A stretch of 64,000 bases of DNA from Octopus bimaculoides (Eukaryota): assembly GCF_001194135.2 (NCBI RefSeq), contig NC_068986.1, positions 68,480,343 to 68,544,342 of the forward strand. Reading direction: 5' to 3'. Under the pieces are notes generated by a model. That model ran no database searches, was not told where the DNA came from, and saw nothing but the letters and a program-made list of their open reading frames with translations. Position numbers and translations under genes: made by a program. This document shows positions 1 through 12,391 of this stretch, piece after piece; position 1 is the first letter of the stretch, and each line of letters begins with the position of its first letter.

Positions 1-548
1 CATGCTAGTTTCACATTCTGTTGGAGGACATATAGGCTTTTTGGAAGCTGTTAAGGTTAGGAATTGTTGATAGTTTATGATAAAGCCTTGAGAATGCAAA
101 AAGGAAGTATGTTCTAATTGTAGGTTGTAGAAAATGAGCTATTTTTATTGAGAAGAAAGAAAGTTTGAGAAAAAGTAATCATTGAGGCAATTCTTAACTG
201 TTAGAGGTAGGGAAAACTTCAATATATGCCAAAAGACAGCAGGAAGCTGGTAATTAGCAAAAAGTTTACCTAGAATATTTAATAAATTTAACTGAAAGTT
301 TTTCAATAATTAAAATCACAACTTTCCTTTCACAGAACATATCTTGGAGAAAAGACTAATTGTTTGTAATGTAAATAAATAAACTGCTAATAAATCAATG
401 TTTTCAGAATTTATATTGGATGTCACAAGGGATGGATATACATTGTTCCATACAAAGCTTGACATACAATTTTAATTACTGATGAGTGGTCAGTTCAGTA
501 ACTCGTCATTTCATTTACCAAGTAAAACAGTATTATCCATGGAAACTA

Positions 549-1567
549 CAGGGTGCAGCAGAAAGGGTGCCCTGATTTCAAAAGTTAATATAAAACAAAC
601 ACATGAAGATGCATGAAAAAACTTTGTATTTCTATGAAGTTCATTAAATGCCACTTTTTTTCTGTTTCAGGTAGTTCCTACCATGGCCTAGAGTGGAGAG
701 CATTGTGTATTTGTTGTTGAAGAGTTTGTTATGAACGGTGAATCCATCATAATGATGCAATGTTCATTCTGATGACACTTTGCACTTCGTCATCATAATC
801 CTGTACCAGATGGCAAAACAATTCGAGGGTGGGTTACCAATGTTAGACAAACATCATTGGCTTTAAACAGGAAAAGTCCTGGTCATCCTAGGACCGCTAA
901 AAGGCCTGAAAATGTCATAGCTGTGGTAGCTTCAATGCAGCAGTCTCCCAGATGTTCCACACGTAAAAGTGCTAAACCTTATATATGTCCGATCAAAGTG
1001 TCCACAGAATCTTACACAAGTCTTTCCACATGCATCCCTACAAGATAATGGTTGTACAAGCGTTAAGTGAGAGGTATTATGAAATCCACACAAATTTGTG
1101 TTGAGGCATTCTCCAGACCATCTTCCCAACAGCTGTTCTGGTCTGCAGTGATGAAGCTCACTTCCATTTATCAGGGATGGTTAATAAACAAAACTTTCAA
1201 TAACGGTCAGACAACAACCCTCGTTCCCCAGATTTAACCCCGTGTGATTTTTTTCTGTGGGAGCACCTCAAATCATGAGTGTATCTATACCAGCCAGCAA
1301 CTGTAGAAGATTTAAAGGCAGCAATAACTCAGGAAATCAATACGATTCCACAAGACCTGGTTCAAAGGGCTATGGTTAACTTTCAAGAGAGACTTCAAAA
1401 CTGCATCGACATTGGCAGTCACCACTTAAGTGATACAATTTTTAAAACCACTTGAATAACAACAGCATTTAATGTACTTCACAGAAATACAAAGTTTTTT
1501 CTTGTATTTTCATGTGTTTGTTTTTTATTAACCTTTGAAATTGGAGCAACCTTTCTGCCACACCCTA
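549..1567 (+). mobile_element. Defective Tc1/mariner-superfamily transposon (rosa/DD41D-like) with about 103-bp TIRs and TA TSD
   Basis: TA|CAGGGTG...CACCCTA|TA; TIRs 549-651 and 1465-1567; relic peptides SDEAHFHLSGMVNKQN and PRSPDLTPCDFFLW...LKAAITQEI; stops, frameshifts and an internal deletion. Confidence 0.9.
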
Positions 1568-3735
1568 TAGTATCAGTAAAAAGCAATAGGAATAACTTAA
1601 AGAGAAGAATAAATGTTATGCATGAGAAAAAAGAAAAATCTATGATTTGAGCAGAACTTTTTCTCAGGAAGTGGTAGGGAGATAGAAATTTAAACAAGAG
1701 ATCAAAGGAGACAGGTTAGAAATTGCTTAGTTGCATTATGTAGCAACAATTTTCCATGTTGATAAGAGAATTAATGCAATACTTTATAATAAGATACAGC
1801 CTTGCTGTTATTGTTCTCAATAACAACATATACATTTACACAAACATATTTTTGGAATGGATAAACACTTACCTTCTTGCTGAGATATTGCTATATGTCA
1901 ATTACTTCCTCTATCTACAACTGAAGTGGTTCTCTTGAATTTCTTGTAATTCAGTAATCAATTTCCTATGACTTCACACTTGTTTGGTTTGTTTTCATAA
2001 CAGAACCTTTTCAAAGAAGATCACAAAGCTCAGTTTTCAAAATGTCAATAACAAAAGCACAATCTAAAGAGTTTTATTTTCCTTATTGATCACCAATGAC
2101 AAATTAGCAGAAGTATTCAGCTCAACAACAGCGTTTTAAACATATGGAAACATTCAAATATATTTATACTACTCAATGCATTTACAGCTAATTGTAAAAA
2201 TTATGATATAACAAAGAAAATGAGAAATAATGAACATTTACTAGTAACTGGTTTAGCATCTTAACATGTCTATTTCTATTTTGTCAAATGAAGTACAGCT
2301 GTTGATATATCAAAAGTTTATGGAAGAGATTATACTATCTTCTTTTATTAACCAGGCCTTATAGTATTTTATTTACAGACAGAAATACTGTATTAGGGAG
2401 TTATAATCACCATTGAGTACATTTTATCTCTTTTTTATGATGTTTACATTTGCTTTTCATGTTATCACAGCTGTAATGATGTTTTCCACAGTAAGATATT
2501 TGCATATTCTTAGAAGAATTGTCTTAACAGTTGGATACTTTATAACTAACAACTCAGTTCTGGAATACAAGTGAAGACTGTTGTTAGTCAAACTATGGCA
2601 AGCAGAGTTATGTGCCTTTCTCAGAGGTGTATAATAGGTCTACACTTTGATTTAAACCTCAGGTTTGTTTTTCAATTTAAACATTTCTGGTAAACAATAG
2701 ATGGAATTTTGGCAGATTGAGTAATAACATCAGCAAATATCTGGCCAATAAAATTACATGTAAACAGCTGCCAGATTTTTGAGTAAGGAAGTTATGACAG
2801 ATCTATTCAATGAGATTTGTTCTAGAACATATTTAAAGAGAATAGGTCTGAAGAGAAAAATAGAGAATGACAGAGGAAGTCAGGAGCTAAGTGATGTGAG
2901 CTGCAAAGCATAATGTTAGGCAAATTCTTGTATTCAGTAGGGGCTCTGCATTTACAACTGTCAAAATGATGAACTGTAAAGCATAGTGTCTACACTAACA
3001 CTAGCTCACTCAGCACTTTCACAGGAATATTATTGCATTCCAGTGAACACACTATTACTAGAAACAGAACTTCTTGATATTTCTCTATTGTTTTAGCTTG
3101 GACTATCATGTCTGATACACACTTTAAACAATAAACACACAATGAATCAAAAATGAGAGATTACTTTTTCATTCATCCATTTATCTTATTTTTAAGGGAC
3201 AATAGTCTCTTATAATTAAATCCAGGGTGTTTCACAACATGATCATGCTGGTAGAGAGAAAGTAAACTGATGAATGTAGTGGAAATGAGTGACTGTTAAA
3301 GATGCTAAATGTAGATGAGCTGTGGGAAGAGGTTTTGCTCTGTTTGGAGTTGCTGGTATTTTAATTAAAATGAAACTACAAATTTTCACTGAAAATTTTA
3401 ATTTATCAATTTCAGATATATATATATATATATATGACACTTCTTATTTACGACCCACCACTGATATAGACAGACACAGCTCATACATATCTATCCCTTA
3501 CGACCTTTAAGATCTCTGTATCTATTCTATTTATCACTTTATCTTCTTCTTCTACATTTAGATTGTTCCTCACCACCCTTCACCAACCCATCTAAATAGC
3601 TTAGATGTAGCTTACTTGACTATCCAGACTTTCTCTTATTACTTCCTAGATTACCCGCCCCACCGATTTGACTCCCTTTATTTTTAATTTTTTTTATTTT
3701 TTATTTTATTTTATTTTAGGTTTTATTTTTATTTT

Positions 3736-4232
3736 NNNNNNNNNNNNNNNNNNNNNNNNNNNNNNNNNNNNNNNNNNNNNNNNNNNNNNNNNNNNNNNNN
3801 NNNNNNNNNNNNNNNNNNNNNNNNNNNNNNNNNNNNNNNNNNNNNNNNNNNNNNNNNNNNNNNNNNNNNNNNNNNNNNNNNNNNNNNNNNNNNNNNNNNN
3901 NNNNNNNNNNNNNNNNNNNNNNNNNNNNNNNNNNNNNNNNNNNNNNNNNNNNNNNNNNNNNNNNNNNNNNNNNNNNNNNNNNNNNNNNNNNNNNNNNNNN
4001 NNNNNNNNNNNNNNNNNNNNNNNNNNNNNNNNNNNNNNNNNNNNNNNNNNNNNNNNNNNNNNNNNNNNNNNNNNNNNNNNNNNNNNNNNNNNNNNNNNNN
4101 NNNNNNNNNNNNNNNNNNNNNNNNNNNNNNNNNNNNNNNNNNNNNNNNNNNNNNNNNNNNNNNNNNNNNNNNNNNNNNNNNNNNNNNNNNNNNNNNNNNN
4201 NNNNNNNNNNNNNNNNNNNNNNNNNNNNNNNN
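3736..4232. other. Assembly gap (N run)
   Basis: Other N runs: 12335-12344, 23339-24039, 38843-38902, 40098-40224, 47087-47651, 48338-48529. Confidence 0.99.
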
Positions 4233-4291
4233 ATATATATACACGCACTTATATTTTCCAAATTTGTGTAAATGTGTATAAAATAATATAG

Positions 4292-5153
4292 CAGTTGAAT
4301 AAATTTACATGGTCTGGTTTACACATTTTTTATTATTGTATTGAAAAAATTTTTTTTACAACGTTGAAGTGTGTTAAACATTAAAAAAATATTTTGTAAT
4401 GTTCATAAAGTTCAATTAGTGCTTTTATACATTCGTAGTAATCATCAGATTTCAAAATGTATTGACTAACAGTTGAGTTCTTGACAACTGTAGTAAAATG
4501 ACTGACTTCTTCTTTTCTATACCTTTTAGAAGGCTCTGACGAACTGAATGTTTCCAATATGGTTTTGACCAATCAGCATGCAGCTTAAACGTCATAGTTA
4601 GCCAGGTGCACCAATATTACTGACATAGATTCAGCCTTTATTTTAACCAGTTAGCTTGTGGTTTACATGTAATAGTTTTATGAGTGAGCAAACTTAGTTG
4701 GTTTCGATCGTTTTTATTCATTCAGTGGGAGTCTTCAGTAATTTGTTTATATTAATATGTTAAAGATATCTTTTAATCCACATCATTAACTGGTTGTAAT
4801 ATTATTGTTGTTATTTCCTTTCAGAACAAGTCTGAACATTTTAATAAACCATGATGTTTAAGCTGCATGCTGATTAGTCAAAACCATATTTGAAAATTCA
4901 CTTTGTCAGAGCCTTCTAAAAGGTACAGAAAGGAAGAAGTCAGTCATTTTACTACAGCTGTCAAGAACTCAACTGCCAGTGAAATACATCTTGAAGTCTG
5001 ATGAATACTACGAACATACGAAAGCACTAATTGAACTTTATGAACATAAAATATTTTTTTAATGCATAACACACTTCAACATTGTAAAAAAATTTTTTAA
5101 ATACAATAATAAAAAATGTGAAAACCAGACCATGTTGTAACTTTATTCAACTG
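4292..5153. mobile_element. Foldback/MITE-like element with about 308-bp inverted arms
   Basis: 4292-4599 is the reverse complement of 4847-5153; termini CAGTTGAATAAA / TTTATTCAACTG. Confidence 0.85.
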
Positions 5154-5508
5154 ATATATAAGGAAACTATGTGACATAAATTCTTCATTTATTAAAATTA
5201 TCTCTGCCTCAAGAAGATATATCCTAATTTCCAAATAGCAATTAAAACCAGCTCCACTTGAAAAGAGGAGATAATCTCACAAATTCTCCAGAAATTCTTC
5301 AAAGTTCACATGCCATTAAGGAAAAGGACAAGATTATTGCTTGGTGATAAGAGGAGCCATGGACATGTGTTTCTGGCTCAACTGATGCCATTAGCACATT
5401 TGTCCAACATTAATTCCAGTAGCCAAGTAGACAAAAAAGAGTAGAACACATTTACAGCCGAGGTAATTTGCATAATTTAAACAAAAATGAGCTAAGAGAA
5501 GTAATTCA

Positions 5509-6271
5509 AGAGTAGCCAGTGGTATGTATTTGAACCACATAGACAAATACAGGTATATCAAATACCACACAACATAAATACTTGATTTATTAAAATTATC
5601 TTTATCTCTGCAAGCTGGATCATAATAACCAAAGGGCAATTAAGACCGGCTACAATAAGCTTGTATGTTTCCTTAATGGTATCAACTTCAGAGAATTCTT
5701 GAACTTTGAGATTATCTCCCTTCCTCAATTGGACCTAGTCTTAATTGTTATTTGGTAATTATGATACATTCTCTAGTACTCTTTCACTTGTTTCAATCAT
5801 TTGACTGCAGCCAAGCTGGAGCACCGCCTTTAGTCGAGCAAATCGACCCCAGGACTTATTCTTTGGAAGCCTAGTACTTATTCTATTGGTCTCCTTTGCC
5901 GAACCGCTAAGTTATGGGGACGTAAACACATCACCATCGGTTGCTGGGGGGACAAACACAGATACACAAACACACACACACACACATATATATATACATA
6001 TATATGACGGGCTTCTTTCAGTTTCCATCTACCAAATCCACTCACAAGGCTTTGGTCGGCCCGAGGCTATAGTAGAAGACACTTGCCCAAGGTGCCATGC
6101 AGTGGGAATGAACCCAGAAGCATGTGGTTGGTAAGCAAGCTACTTACCACTCAGCAACTCCTGCACCTATAGTAGTGAAGATAATTTTAATAAAACACAA
6201 ATATATGTTGTATGGAATTTGTTATACCTGTATTTGTCAATGTTGTCTGAATACATGCCACTGGCTACTCT
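5509..6271. repeat. Inverted repeat with 94-bp arms (5509-5602 / 6178-6271) enclosing a SINE
   Basis: About 14 mismatches in 94 nt by manual alignment. Confidence 0.8.
5776..6170 (-). mobile_element. tRNA-derived SINE family A (head ggagtggctgtgtggtaag, central microsatellite, tail aaatgactgaaacaagtaaaag)
   Basis: Reverse complement of the copies at 17605 and 51127. Confidence 0.85.
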
Positions 6272-6699
6272 GAGTGTTTTTGTTTATAAATATGTAGGTA
6301 TATATAAACAATATACATGAAATATATATGAAATTAAATGCAATACACATTACTTTTCCAAATATTATTGTCCATGTAACATATTTTAAAATAATCTATG
6401 TGTGTGTGTGCATTCTTTTTTCTTTTTTTTTTCATTTTAGTATCTGCTTTTCCCTGCTTACTTTTGCTGACTCTAACGTTTTGCTGTTCTTCCAAGAAAA
6501 GAATAACCTATTTCACATGTCTTTGAAAGCTTTATTCACAGGAAGTTCTCAACAGATGACACCAATGTCTACAATCCTTCAAATAAATGTAAACAAACTT
6601 ACTTGCACATGTATGCACACATATATATATAGAGAGTGTGTGTGTGTGTGTATATAATCATCATCATTCATTTATTTATTGTTTGTTTCCCATGTTGAT

Positions 6700-6739
<40 letters not shown>

Positions 6740-7195
6740 CACATACATGATAGCCTTTATATAGTTTCTGTAAACCAAATTCACAAATTCACTTACAAAG
6801 AATTGGTCAGCCCTGTGGGTAAGAAGACACTTACCCAAGGTGCCATTCTGTGGGACCCAGTCGGAAACTACATGGTTGTGAAGCAAACTTCTTAATTACA
6901 CAGCCATACGCACACACACACACAGAGCCATGCACACAAACACACATATATAAGAAACGACAAATGGAGAAGTGATTGAGAGAAAGTGTAAGCATAAAAG
7001 AAATAGAATGAGGTGGCAGGGGAGGTTTCGCTGGTTGGGGTTCCATGTGTTTTGATAGAAATGAAAGAGCAAGATTTTGCTGTAAAAATTTAAAATTCAA
7101 AATATATTTTCAAATGAAAAAAATTCAAAACAAAATATGCTAAATGTTCATGGCAGCTCACCCCACCTCTCTCTCTCTCTTTCTATCTCTCACTC

Positions 7196-7228
<33 letters not shown>

Positions 7229-8869
7229 GGCCCGTAAGTGATATAATTTGTGACAGTGTCAAATGACAGAATTATTGAGTCAGAATAAATTGTTATTGAA
7301 ACAATTTATAGTAACAGTTTTTGTTCCTCTTTTATTCTTTCTTTTTCTGTGTTCACTTGTTTATTTTTTGATAAATGTGGAAGTTGTTTTAATAAATATT
7401 TTTCTTTTTTAAATAGCAGAAAACAAGAATAGTGTTTAAGGGAACTATCATGTGATTAAATAAAATGAACAGACAACATTCAACTCAATATCAAAATATT
7501 AGAAAAAAAAGTTTCAAACAGAAGTAAGGAAACCACATATTAATTAATTTTATATATTTAATCTCATGTACGTTTTCACCCACAGCTTCAGGGACTGAGG
7601 GGATGAAAAACAGGCTCACAGGTGACAAAGTTAAAGATGGAATAATAGCATCAAGAACGGAGCAAGGAGAACCTTGGTGAAATGTATGACTGCATCATGC
7701 AATGGTAGTGTATAGCAAAGAGTGGTGGTTGTATCTGAAGCCCTTGACTCTTAGCCATGAGAATGGGAAAAAGCACCATCATTCACAAAATGGTTAGAGA
7801 AGAGGGTTCCAACAGTGGCGTGGCATCAAACTATAATAGTGACAATAAGTCAAGGAGGGGAATTCTAGGTGGTACAACTACTTAGACATCCCCTGCATCA
7901 TTGCACAACGTAACAATAAAATCAAACTTATATTAGAGAGATGGTTTGTTTCTTCTGTAAGGCACACATCTCTGTATCACCGGTCTGTTTGAGTTGAGAT
8001 ATTAGGGATTATTTTATAACACATTGATTTATTTTCTCTTGTCACTAAGTCAATTTTTTAATAAGTAGTTCAGTTTGATATCAAACCATGAAACCCAATC
8101 AAGGTTATTAATTATACATATAACATATCACACACAGTTTCCATCTATCAAAATATTTGTCAACCTAAAGCTATATCTTTAAGTCATTTGTAATATTTTA
8201 CTGATACAATAATACATACTTCCAACCAGACACTTTCCCTCTTTGCATCACCCTGGCAGTGTTCCAACTCCCAGATATCTTCTTAAACACTTTGACCTAT
8301 TCTTCTTCTCTAAAACTGTATTTATCTGAAATTCCCACTCCATACATATTTATCCTTCAATGACTAACCTTCAACAGTTTCAGCCTAAACTATGTTAACC
8401 TCACTGAATTAGTGTTTCTGCTTCCCTAGTCCTGACTGGTTTGAGATTATAGGTACTGCCTTTCTTTCTCAGAATACTGAATAAAAGCAAAGTCACTCAT
8501 GGAAATAATTTTTTTCGAAATAAAATTTAACCAGCTGTTAACCTTTAGCATTATTATAGTCACAAAAGTGATTACTAATATCTTGTCCATCATTTTATTT
8601 CTCTCCGTTTACATTTTTTTCAGTTATTTGACAATAGAGATCATTCACCTGTTGGCTCTACCAAAGTCATACACCTGATTTTTTTGTTTTCAGAACAGAT
8701 AAAATTAGTCACTCAAAAAGACAGAGAGAACCTGAGATTTAGGTTGTTAACCTAAGATAAATTTATCAATTGATATCATGCTATTATTATTGTAGGAGAG
8801 GAACAAGCATAAGAATAAATAATTTATGAATAAATAATTTATGTATTTAATAAAGAGCATCTATCATAA

Positions 8870-9601
8870 TCATCGTCATCATTATCATCATCATAGTTTA
8901 ATGTCTGTTTTCTATGCTAGGATCGGTTGGACAGTTCGACTGGGGTCTGGGAAGCCAGGAGGCTGCACAAGGCTCCAGTCTGATCTGGCAGTGTTTCTGC
9001 AGCTGGATGCTCTTCCTAACACCAACTACTCCGTGAGTGTAGTGGGTGCTTTTTACGTACCACTGGCACCCCTGTGCCAGAGGAGGCTGGCAACAGCCAT
9101 GATTGGCCGATGCTTTTTACATGCCACCGGCATGGAAGCCAGGCAAAGCGGCGCTGGCATCGGCCATGTTCAGATGGTGCTTTTTACGTGCCACCAGCAT
9201 AGGTATCACAACTACAATTTCCATTTGATTTTCATTTTGATGTTGATGCACTTGATTTAATAAATCTCCTCAAGCACAGCAAGTCACCCTACGATCCAAG
9301 GTACTGTCGAATGGGCTGGGGCTGGTTGTGTGAAACTGGTGCAGGATACAGCTCTGAACTCACTTTATTTGCCAGGTCTTCGCAGTCACAGCATATCTCC
9401 AGAGGTCTCGATCTTTCGTCATTGCCTCTGTGAGGCCCAACGTTTGAAGGTCATGCTTGACCACCTCATCCCATGTCTTCTTGGGTCTACCTCTACTCCA
9501 GATTCCTTCAACTGTTTGGGAGTGGCACTTCTTCACACATCTCTCCTCATTCATCCGTAGTAGATGACCATACCAGTGCAAACGTCCCTCTTGCACACCA
9601 C
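8870..9601 (-). mobile_element. RTE-clade LINE 3' end with (ATG)n tail
   Basis: ORF 9360-9596 RLHWYGHLLRMNEERCVKK...RGRPKKTWDEVVKHDL is a typical RTE ORF C-terminus. Confidence 0.9.
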
Positions 9602-10164
9602 ATAATAACTTTGATAAAAAGTTTTATAAACATATAAAATGATATTTAAGTCAAATAAATTTATCACAAATAAATATGAACTTCTTAGCAAAACCATAAA
9701 CTTTTCTTTTGAAAACCTTCGTATTCTATATCCAAAACTACAGCATCATCAATGTCATCATTGCCACTGCTATTGTCAAAGTGTCATCGTCATCATCAGC
9801 AGTAGCAGCCAGCCAATAAAAATTCTTTTTATGTAATTGGACTGTTCAATATAACAGCCAAGTTTGTTCAATAGTCTCCACAATGCCTTGAAGACAAGCA
9901 AGGCTGTCACATGACTTTTTGAGGCCTCCTGCGACTTTTTGCTTCAAGACCCCATCTCTTCAATCAAAATTCATAATCTATGCACCTTTTATTCAGAGCT
10001 ATATTTTACTTTATTCTATCTGAAGTTCAATATTTCCCGCTATCCCAAAGAACATCTTTAAAAGTGCAACAAGTTCAATTTATTTAAGGCTGGAACTATC
10101 ATATTATTTCATGTTTAGGAAAGCCAACATTTAATAGAGTTGAATATTTATTCAATGGACTCAC

Positions 10165-10197
10165 AAATATCGAAAGATAAGCATTTCAAAATAACAA
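10165..10197 (-). CDS. Putative 33-nt exon of the divergent gene (VVILKCLSFDI)
   Basis: Acceptor tatatttcacag, donor TTT|gtgagt; open in phase 1, matching the preceding exon. Confidence 0.45.
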
Positions 10198-10473
10198 CTG
10201 TGAAATATAGTTGTCTCAGCTTTTGTATGTGAAGAACTTTATTCAAGAACATTAAAATACAAAAAAATTTTCAGTCCAAAACAAAAGCAAACTATTTCAA
10301 ATTATATATTTTTGAAAAATAGACATGAATGTTCTCAAAGACTTGATAAAAAGCTTTTTTTAAATTCTATATTTCACTGTTAGCTGTTGCAATATTTCAT
10401 TTAGATAGACAATTCTACAATTCAAACTGTAAAGTAAAAATACCAAAGATGCAAAATATGAAGAATTTTTTAC

Positions 10474-10511
10474 CTTTCTCTGAAATCACAGTTTCAAAGG
10501 GAAAATAGTAC
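10474..10511 (-). CDS. Putative 38-nt exon of the divergent gene ((R)YYFPFETVISEK)
   Basis: Acceptor tattttatttcgcag, donor AAG|gtaaaa; the only open frame is phase 2, matching the 21245 exon. Confidence 0.45.
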
Positions 10512-10832
10512 CTGCGAAATAAAATACCTCAATCACAAACTAGTTACAACTGAAGAATTGAGATGCTTGGTGACAGTGAGCAAACAATATCTGTATCCCT
10601 ATATATGTACATCGATAGATAGATACATACTCATACACACACACAAACTTCTGTTTGTGTGTGTGTGTGTGTGTGTGTGCACGCACATGCGTGCGTGTGT
10701 GTATGTAGACATGCTTGCCTTGTTTTTGGTGCAAAAAGAATTTTGTCTCCAGTTTATATTGCCTTAGGAGGTCAAAGGCCACCGTTCTTGGTACAAAGTG
10801 ACCAGCTTTTCAATAATGTCAAATAACAACGC

Positions 10833-10879
<47 letters not shown>

Positions 10880-12344
10880 GATAAGAAAATGGAAAGGATA
10901 CAAAACAACATGCATCATCCGATAGACATTTCAGTGTGTCTGTTTATTCCAAAGCATTAGGAAGTATTAGAAGAAAACATACACATGTAATAACTATGTG
11001 TTACACACACATGTATTAATATTACAGAAAAGAGCAAAAATCAGTTCCCTAAGGCCGCTTCTTCCAAGAGGCAACAAAATTTTCCATGCCATCTCTATCT
11101 CTTCAGCGTTCTGTAGGGATGGGCAGATAAAGTTTGGATAATGAGTGTGCCTCTAGGCTTCTTCAGAAGGTCTAAGTGGTTAAGAGTGCTAATACATATA
11201 ATAAACAGTTAACAATAGGTACAGAATATTTGTCATTATTGTAAAGGGCAGAAAAAGAATAGGTGCAAACATGAGGCTGTGAGAGAAGTACAATTTACTA
11301 AAATGAATTAGGTGTAGGAAGGAGAAACAAGCTATACACTTCCCATGATGTAATCCAGGATCCATGTTACTTCATCCAATGGTGGATAGGTGAGCATAGT
11401 CATTCTTGAGAGGAGTTATTAAGAAGGGCGAATTTAGGGAGTAGTTTGCATTATGTTTACATAGAAATTCACATTATGTTTACATAGAAATACAGTGGTG
11501 GATTTGAAGGTATGGTCCATGTTACAGAGGTGAAAGTTCATATGTAGAGTGCCAGCTAGTAGGTGCAACATTGCAGATGGTATGGCATAGGCAGCCTATG
11601 AGGGTGAACCCACCATGGGAAAATTTGGTATATAAGTGTACTAATGAGAGTAAGGAACCAGGTGGTGACTAAAGGGTGGTGTTAGTGTTTGTTATTTTTT
11701 TGCCGATCAACAAGTTTCTGAATCCCTATGTGTAGTGGGGTGGGGGTCATGGTCAGTCCTACAACCTAATTGGTCAGCTATTTTTTTGAAAACCATGACG
11801 TGGTTCCAGTTCATTGATGGTTAACAGATAAGGTAAAAACAAATCAAATAAATATATAAACCATTGCCAGTATGGGCAAATTAAAGAGCAAAATAGAATT
11901 AAAAACAAGTAAATAAGTGAGTAAGTGCAATAACTGAAATAAGACTACAGGAAGAGGATCCTAAAGGACAACATAAGGAAAATAAAAGAGTATAAACGTA
12001 TAAAAATATAAACATATATCTATCTATCGGGGGAATCTACTGTATATGGTTAAACATAATATAGGAGCTGGATAGAAGATTCATTGTTGTCAGAAGGCAG
12101 AAGAAGGATTTCGTGAATAGGAATAAAATGGACCGGACCAGAAGGGTAGTGTTTGTTTTGCTAGCTTATAGTTATTCAGTGTCAAAACTTATGCTAGTAA
12201 AATATAGAATATTAGATATAAAGTATTAGAGGAATGGCACTGTGTATTAAAATTATTAAGTGTTTTATTTAAAAGGGGTAGTTTGAAGAAAATGTTTACA
12301 TGGATATATATATATATAGTTTTAGGGAAAATAANNNNNNNNNN

Positions 12345-12391
<47 letters not shown>

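Noticed and set aside
1873-2850. TGA-rich open runs as possible selenoprotein coding
   Set aside because: TAA/TAG stops and frameshifts also interrupt them, and no SECIS was recognised
3668-4291. Long ORFs full of X in the track (also at 23181, 40022, 47039, 48258)
   Set aside because: They only span N gaps
5886-6134. Recurrent ORFs such as EPLSYGDVNT...[19 protein letters not shown]
   Set aside because: Chance open frames of SINE family A, not host genes
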